From Candidatus Scalinduaceae bacterium (GTDB taxonomy: Bacteria > Planctomycetota > Brocadiia > Brocadiales > Scalinduaceae): a stretch of DNA of 64,000 nt. Below the pieces are notes generated by a model. It made no database searches. It was not told where the DNA came from and saw nothing but the letters and a program-made list of their open reading frames with translations. Numbering within the stretch: the stretch's first letter is position 1; the number at the start of each line of letters is the position of its first letter. This document shows positions 58,987 through 64,000 of the stretch, piece after piece. The stretch is taken from NCBI GenBank assembly GCA_046759445.1, contig JBHICG010000005.1:40352-104351 (forward strand), given 5' to 3'. Made by a program: the position numbers and the translations under genes.

Positions 58987-60501
58987 TTATTTTATTCCGT
59001 TTTTATTTAAAATTTTCTTTAAGGCAAGCATTTCTTGCATTTCATGCAGATTTTCTATTAATTGGAACCAGCCATTCTTAAAGGCGATATAGTCATAGCC
59101 TCCCATAGCAGATCCAAATCTTATTGAGTTGGCGTTGAAAAACCATTGCTTTAACCATCTGCGCTCAATCATTTCATCAAAAGGATTTGATTGGTCTTCC
59201 AGTCCTTCATTCCAGGCTTGTAAGAGTAGTTGTGTAGCGGCCAAAGTCATCTTGTCTGTTTCTGCTATGGTTGAGTCCATTTTCGTAAAGTGCTGGTTTA
59301 TCAAATCTATATTATGGCAGCATCGACATATCTTTTTCATTACATTTTGACGCTGCATTTGCTCATCTTTGTCAATCAGATATTCGGCACTCAATTCACC
59401 ATCGAAAGCGGTAGGAAGTGGTAAACCATCCTTGTTTTTGATTAAATACGTCTTACCTGTCTTTGGTTGAGGATGGGAGTAAGGTAGCCCAAATAATCTT
59501 ACCCATAATCTCGACCCAAAATTATGTGTCCTTGATTCGATGACTTTATTATCTTCGGTAACTATCAGGCTGTTGTGACATACAGTACAAGTGGGAGCTG
59601 TAAAATCCTTACCAACTCTCCAGGGAACATTATCCCAGTTCCATTCATGTTGCTTTGAGCTGAAAATATTTCCATGTTTACTATCTTTATAAACCTCAAA
59701 TCCGGGTACATCTGGTTCAAGATGGCACTGGGAACAGGTGTAAGGCTTTCTGGCTATTTCTATGGAAAAACTGTGTCTCGGATGGCATGGAGTGCATGCT
59801 CCACGGCTTCCATCAGGATTAATCCTCCCTACGCCTTGATTTGGCCAGTTTATGAGGTTTGGGACATCAATATCTCCAGAGCCGGTAGATATCTTCCTTG
59901 TTCCGTCTACGCTAACCATACTACCGTGACAAGAATAGCATGCCTCGAGTTTTGTGTTTTCGGATGACTCAAGATCAATTATCTCGTTACCTTCAATTTT
60001 TTTGGTGCTTGTAAGTGTCTCAACAAGGGTATGATAAAGAGGATTTTTCTGGAGGTTGTCCAATGCATAGGCTTTTTTACTGATAGAATACTGATCTACC
60101 TCAACAGAATGACAGGTCTTACAATCATTTGGTGAGACAATTACGTTAATTTTAAAGCTAAAGTGGTCAAAATTGTCTTTGTGAATGGAGGGGTTCTGAC
60201 TATGGCATTCATAACAGCCAACTGCAACAGCCATTAAAGCTTCCGGGATTGAATCACTTGAAATCCTTCTTTCAAGGGCAGGTTTTTTTATTGCCATCTC
60301 GGGAGTCATTTTTGAATGTCTGCTTGTCTTCCAGTCCTCCACTATCCCAGGAGTAATTTTCATATGGCACAGAATGCATACTTGTGTTTGCTCGCTTAAA
60401 TTAGGTGTTACATACAAGGATGATTCATGTTCTGCATCCGCTTTAATGACATTCGAAAACAAGATCAATATACAAAATAATGCAACAGTCATTTGCTTCA
60501 T
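58987..60501 (-). CDS. Octaheme hydroxylamine oxidoreductase-like cytochrome c
   Basis: Signal peptide; 8 CxxCH motifs (CILCH, CYECH, CKTCH, CYSCH, CTPCH, CSQCH, CTVCH, CRCCH); WPNQGVGRINPDGSRGAC; HxRHxFS. Confidence 0.9.
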   Translation of the reverse strand: MKQMTVALFCILILFSNVIKADAEHESSLYVTPNLSEQTQVCILCHMKITPGIVEDWKTSRHSKMTPEMAIKKPALERRISSDSIPEALMAVAVGCYECHSQNPSIHKDNFDHFSFKINVIVSPNDCKTCHSVEVDQYSISKKAYALDNLQKNPLYHTLVETLTSTKKIEGNEIIDLESSENTKLEACYSCHGSMVSVDGTRKISTGSGDIDVPNLINWPNQGVGRINPDGSRGACTPCHPRHSFSIEIARKPYTCSQCHLEPDVPGFEVYKDSKHGNIFSSKQHEWNWDNVPWRVGKDFTAPTCTVCHNSLIVTEDNKVIESRTHNFGSRLWVRLFGLPYSHPQPKTGKTYLIKNKDGLPLPTAFDGELSAEYLIDKDEQMQRQNVMKKICRCCHNIDLINQHFTKMDSTIAETDKMTLAATQLLLQAWNEGLEDQSNPFDEMIERRWLKQWFFNANSIRFGSAMGGYDYIAFKNGWFQLIENLHEMQEMLALKKILNKNGIK

Positions 60502-60557
60502 CTGAGTTAATTTACCTATTAATTATTGATGTGGTTTATAAAAGGTTATAAATTATA

Positions 60558-62105
60558 TTAATATATCAAATTTTTACTGGTCATTTCTACAGGTTTTTCT
60601 ATTCCTAACAGATATAAGATTGTGGGTGCGATGTCAGAGAGAACACCATTTTCTCTTAATCTTACATTTTTATAATCTTCGGCAACATAAATAAAGTCTA
60701 CGGGATTTTTCGTGTGTGATGTCTTTGGCAGGTGTGTTTTGTAGTCTATCATTTCTTCTGCGTTTCCGTGGTCGGCCGTTATCAAGGCAATTTTGCTCCT
60801 TGATTTTATTTCATTAACCAGGAGACCGACACATTCATCTACAACCTCTACAGCCCTTTTTGCTGCCTCATAGTTGCCGGTGTGGCCAACCATGTCGCAA
60901 TTTGCCAGGTTTATGACCATAAGACTAGATTCGTTTGAGCTGATTCTTTTGATGGCCTCATTTGTAACATCACAGGCATTCATTTCAGGATGGTCAGCGA
61001 ATGTGGCAGGGTCGTAGCTACCGTTGATCTCTATCTGCTCTTCATTCGGGAATGGCTCTATGCGTTTACCATTAAAAAAAGATGTTACGTGTCTAAATTT
61101 CTGGGTCTCGGATAGACGAATTTGTTTTAGACCATTTTTACTCAGGACTTGTCCTAACAGGTGGTCCATCCCTCCTCGGTCATCCATTGCCTCTAACATG
61201 TTATAAGGAAACGTATCATAATATCTGGTAAGGCCACAATAAACTATGTCAAACTTCCTCCATCTTTTCCCGGGATAGTTGTCTTCAACAAATGCCATTG
61301 TTAATTGAATGGCCCTATCCTGTCTGTAATTGAAGTGGATAACAGAATCCCTGTCTTTTATTCCCTCATAATTTCCAATAATCAGGGGTGGAATATATTC
61401 ATCAAACATTTCCTTATCGTTTGGAGTTCTGGTTTTGTATGCATCTTGTATCGCATCTTTTATATTATGTATTCTCGTACCTTGTGCCCTTGTTATGGCA
61501 TTATATGCAGTTGTCGTAAGCTGCCATTTTTTGGCTCGATCCATCGCATAGTATCTCCCCATAACGGTAGCAATTTCACCAATTCTGTATTCTTTTATTT
61601 TTTCTTCTACGGCACCAATATAGCCTAATGCACTTCTAGGTGCCGTGTCTCGTCCGTCAGCGAAAAAATGGATGTATAGCGTCTTAACACCCTGCTCCTT
61701 TGCATATTTCATAATTGCAAACAAATGATCCTGATGCGCATGAACGCCTTCATCCTGTACCAGACCCATTACGTGGAGTGATGAATTATTGTTCAAGACG
61801 TTCTTTATAGCCTTCTGGAAGATGGGACTATTAAAGAAAGAACCATCCTGAATGTCGTGCATTATCCTGGTCATCTCCTGCTCTACAATCCTTCCCGCAC
61901 CCATGTTAAGGTGTCCAACCTCTGAAGAACCCTGATAACCTTCTGGTAAGCCAACGGATTTACCGGATGCTTCTAGTTTTGTATTAGGATATTCTTTCAG
62001 GAGTGAATCTGTGTTTGGAGTATGGGCGTTTAAGACGGCATTATGGTCTGTATTTGGGTTTATGCCCCAGCCGTCTCTGATTATGAGTACCACAGACTCT
62101 TGCAT
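60558..62105 (-). CDS. gpmI: 2,3-bisphosphoglycerate-independent phosphoglycerate mutase
   Basis: IRDGWG, SEVGH, DGRD, GRYYAMDR, NCDMVGHTG and TADHGNAE motifs; start taken at ATG 62105. Confidence 0.95.
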   Translation of the reverse strand: MQESVVLIIRDGWGINPNTDHNAVLNAHTPNTDSLLKEYPNTKLEASGKSVGLPEGYQGSSEVGHLNMGAGRIVEQEMTRIMHDIQDGSFFNSPIFQKAIKNVLNNNSSLHVMGLVQDEGVHAHQDHLFAIMKYAKEQGVKTLYIHFFADGRDTAPRSALGYIGAVEEKIKEYRIGEIATVMGRYYAMDRAKKWQLTTTAYNAITRAQGTRIHNIKDAIQDAYKTRTPNDKEMFDEYIPPLIIGNYEGIKDRDSVIHFNYRQDRAIQLTMAFVEDNYPGKRWRKFDIVYCGLTRYYDTFPYNMLEAMDDRGGMDHLLGQVLSKNGLKQIRLSETQKFRHVTSFFNGKRIEPFPNEEQIEINGSYDPATFADHPEMNACDVTNEAIKRISSNESSLMVINLANCDMVGHTGNYEAAKRAVEVVDECVGLLVNEIKSRSKIALITADHGNAEEMIDYKTHLPKTSHTKNPVDFIYVAEDYKNVRLRENGVLSDIAPTILYLLGIEKPVEMTSKNLIY

Positions 62106-62156
62106 ATCAGTATTAATTTGCCACAGCAACCGAATAACGATTATTATTATCGTTTC

Positions 62157-63155
62157 TCAATCACGATAGGTATAGCCAAATTTTACTGCGCGGGTATTTT
62201 CCTCCAGGAATTTTGAGCGAAATTCTGTTTCAAAATCCACCTTTTCGATCTTAATACCAATTATGTTGAGCAATCTTCCCAGCGCTATCATGTTTACAAA
62301 TACAGGACTATGGAATTCATCCATAGCAATTTTGGCAAAAGGCATTGTATCCGGTATAGGATATAAGAGGTCACTATCATATGCGGTTTCTTCTATGATT
62401 AATTCTTTGGCATTAATATGCCCCTTCTTACTTTTTGATAAGCAAACACCCAGGTCAGCTTTATCAAAAAATGGGGTATCTATCTTCTCGTCAGAATATA
62501 CCAACTCAGCGGTTATTTCACCACCGCGTACTGCTGCGCCGTAAATAAGGTTCAATGATACCTCTTTTCCCATTTTAGCCAGTATGTTACCAAGAGTATG
62601 CGCCATAAGTTTTATACCCTGCCCTGCTTCCCCCGTAAGTACTATTTTTTTTGCTATTTTTTTGGCGGGTACCGGCGCTAATGTTTTTTCCATTAAAATT
62701 ATGCTGATTCCAAAGAACTGTTCATCAATGAATGATTTTTCTTCAAAATCAAAACTTTTGAACAGTTTGTATGCAGCTTTTGCTTCTGGATAAGCGAATA
62801 CTCTTGCTTCGTGGCATGACTTTCTTATAAATTGTTTAATCGTTTTATCCGTAAGCATTTTTGCATATCCTTTTTTCCTGTATTCTGGTTTGACTCCCAG
62901 CCAATGGATATTGCCAATGCCATCAGAGACCAGGGCAAACATAAAGCTGATAATTTCTTTTCCTAATTTTCCAACTAGATAGACACTATCTTTATCATTT
63001 AATTGTTCCTTAACTTTCTTAACAGGGTGAGTTTCTTTATAGTGTGAACGTTCAACGTCAGAGCTATCTGCGTGCAATTCGTCAACTATTGTCCTAAAAA
63101 GTTCAACAGTCTCCTTGACTTCGCGCTCTTCAAGTTTCTTTATTTCGTATTTCAT
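62157..63155 (-). CDS. GNAT acetyltransferase fused to 2-oxoacid:ferredoxin oxidoreductase gamma subunit
   Basis: N-terminal VKPEYRKKGYA (GNAT motif A); C-terminal GEAGQGI, YGAAVRGG and NMIALG (OFOR gamma). Confidence 0.85.
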   Translation of the reverse strand: MKYEIKKLEEREVKETVELFRTIVDELHADSSDVERSHYKETHPVKKVKEQLNDKDSVYLVGKLGKEIISFMFALVSDGIGNIHWLGVKPEYRKKGYAKMLTDKTIKQFIRKSCHEARVFAYPEAKAAYKLFKSFDFEEKSFIDEQFFGISIILMEKTLAPVPAKKIAKKIVLTGEAGQGIKLMAHTLGNILAKMGKEVSLNLIYGAAVRGGEITAELVYSDEKIDTPFFDKADLGVCLSKSKKGHINAKELIIEETAYDSDLLYPIPDTMPFAKIAMDEFHSPVFVNMIALGRLLNIIGIKIEKVDFETEFRSKFLEENTRAVKFGYTYRD

Positions 63156-63889
63156 CTAATAATCCCAATTTCATTATGCTTTAATTCGTTTGAATTATTA
63201 TTAATTTTGTAGTTATCCTTGTAGTACATTAACATTTCATAAGCATTTTTAAAACCACGCCTGCGACCATCATTTGTGATGCATTGACTCTTTACCTCCA
63301 CAAAGGACAGCCCTTTGTGTTGTAATGCTTCGACCATACACTTCAATACATGATTTAAATGGTATGTAGTAGAACGGGCATAAAGGCAGTTGTGTGACGT
63401 AATTAATGCCTGAACGTTAACAGGCGTATCTACGTTTCCACGTGGGGTGGTTAGTGTTTTTGAACTTATTTCAGTAGTAGGAGAGCATTGACCACCCGTC
63501 ATACCGTATATGGCATTTGAGATGCATATTATAGTGATGTCTGTGTTTCTTCTGGAGGCATGTAAGAGATGATTTCCTCCTATTCCAAACAGGTCACCAT
63601 CACCGCTAATGACGATTACGTTTAGTTTTTCATTGGCCAGCTTAATTCCCTCGGCTACGGGAAGTGGCCTTCCATGAGCCGTATGCACTGAATCAAGGTT
63701 AAAAAATCCGGCACTTCTTCCGGAACAACCAATACCGGATACTACAACTGTACCTTTTTTCAAGAAATTTAGTTTCTCCATAGCCTGACAGGCAAGTTTA
63801 AGAATGATTCCGTTGCCACATCCGGGACACCACTCTGTGGGTAACCTATCTTGTTTCAGGTAATTAAGATAAGTAAGTTCTTTGGTCAT
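63152..63889 (-). CDS. 2-oxoacid:ferredoxin oxidoreductase beta subunit (TPP-binding)
   Basis: WCPGCG, SGIGCS, HGR, GDGD and YGMTGGQ.SPT motifs. Confidence 0.93.
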   Translation of the reverse strand: MTKELTYLNYLKQDRLPTEWCPGCGNGIILKLACQAMEKLNFLKKGTVVVSGIGCSGRSAGFFNLDSVHTAHGRPLPVAEGIKLANEKLNVIVISGDGDLFGIGGNHLLHASRRNTDITIICISNAIYGMTGGQCSPTTEISSKTLTTPRGNVDTPVNVQALITSHNCLYARSTTYHLNHVLKCMVEALQHKGLSFVEVKSQCITNDGRRRGFKNAYEMLMYYKDNYKINNNSNELKHNEIGIIR

Positions 63890-64000
63890 TTTTTCTTCTT
63901 TATTCTCCTTAGTTTTGACCAGATATCATTTAAATCTATTTTACCTCCTATGATGGATATAAGCTTAACCTCACGATGTAGCAATCTTTCAACCTCATTT
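63886..64000 (-). CDS. C-terminus of probable 2-oxoacid:ferredoxin oxidoreductase alpha subunit (partial)
   Basis: Open frame NEVERLLHREVKLISIIGGKIDLNDIWSKLRRIKKKK*; its stop overlaps the beta-subunit ATG. Confidence 0.7.
   Translation of the reverse strand, partial: NEVERLLHREVKLISIIGGKIDLNDIWSKLRRIKKKK

Noticed and set aside
835..62793. Numerous short antisense or alternate-frame ORFs in the track
   Set aside because: They overlap well-supported genes and show no motifs; treated as shadow ORFs.

Overview
AT-rich bacterial chromosome segment. The gene content (octaheme HAO-like protein, AroD-AroE fusion, FdhF-like and other molybdoenzymes, OFOR subunits) suggests an anaerobic chemolithotroph, plausibly an anammox planctomycete of the Ca. 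Scalindua/Brocadiales type; this is inference and was not tested. Housekeeping and metabolic genes (lpdA, ccp, arcC, era, aconitase, aroDE/aroK, gpmI) are interleaved with four accessory regions: a Wzm/Wzt surface-glycan locus (26.2-39.9 kb), a RAYT gene with 8 covarying REPs, several MITE/REP families, and an island with a KAP NTPase, a toxin-antitoxin pair and DUF2130. Most notable: (1) an operon of two signal-peptide-bearing, S74-chaperoned phage-fibre-like proteins plus a PKD-repeat protein, preceded by a c-di-GMP-I-like riboswitch with two large insertions (one a MITE) and an ON-type terminator; (2) an ArcE-like arginine synthetase paired with carbamate kinase; (3) an FdhF-like enzyme lacking the catalytic Arg; (4) a GNAT/OFOR-gamma fusion; (5) a TA module whose toxin gene is interrupted by a single TGA. 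No rRNA, tRNA or CRISPR array was recognised.
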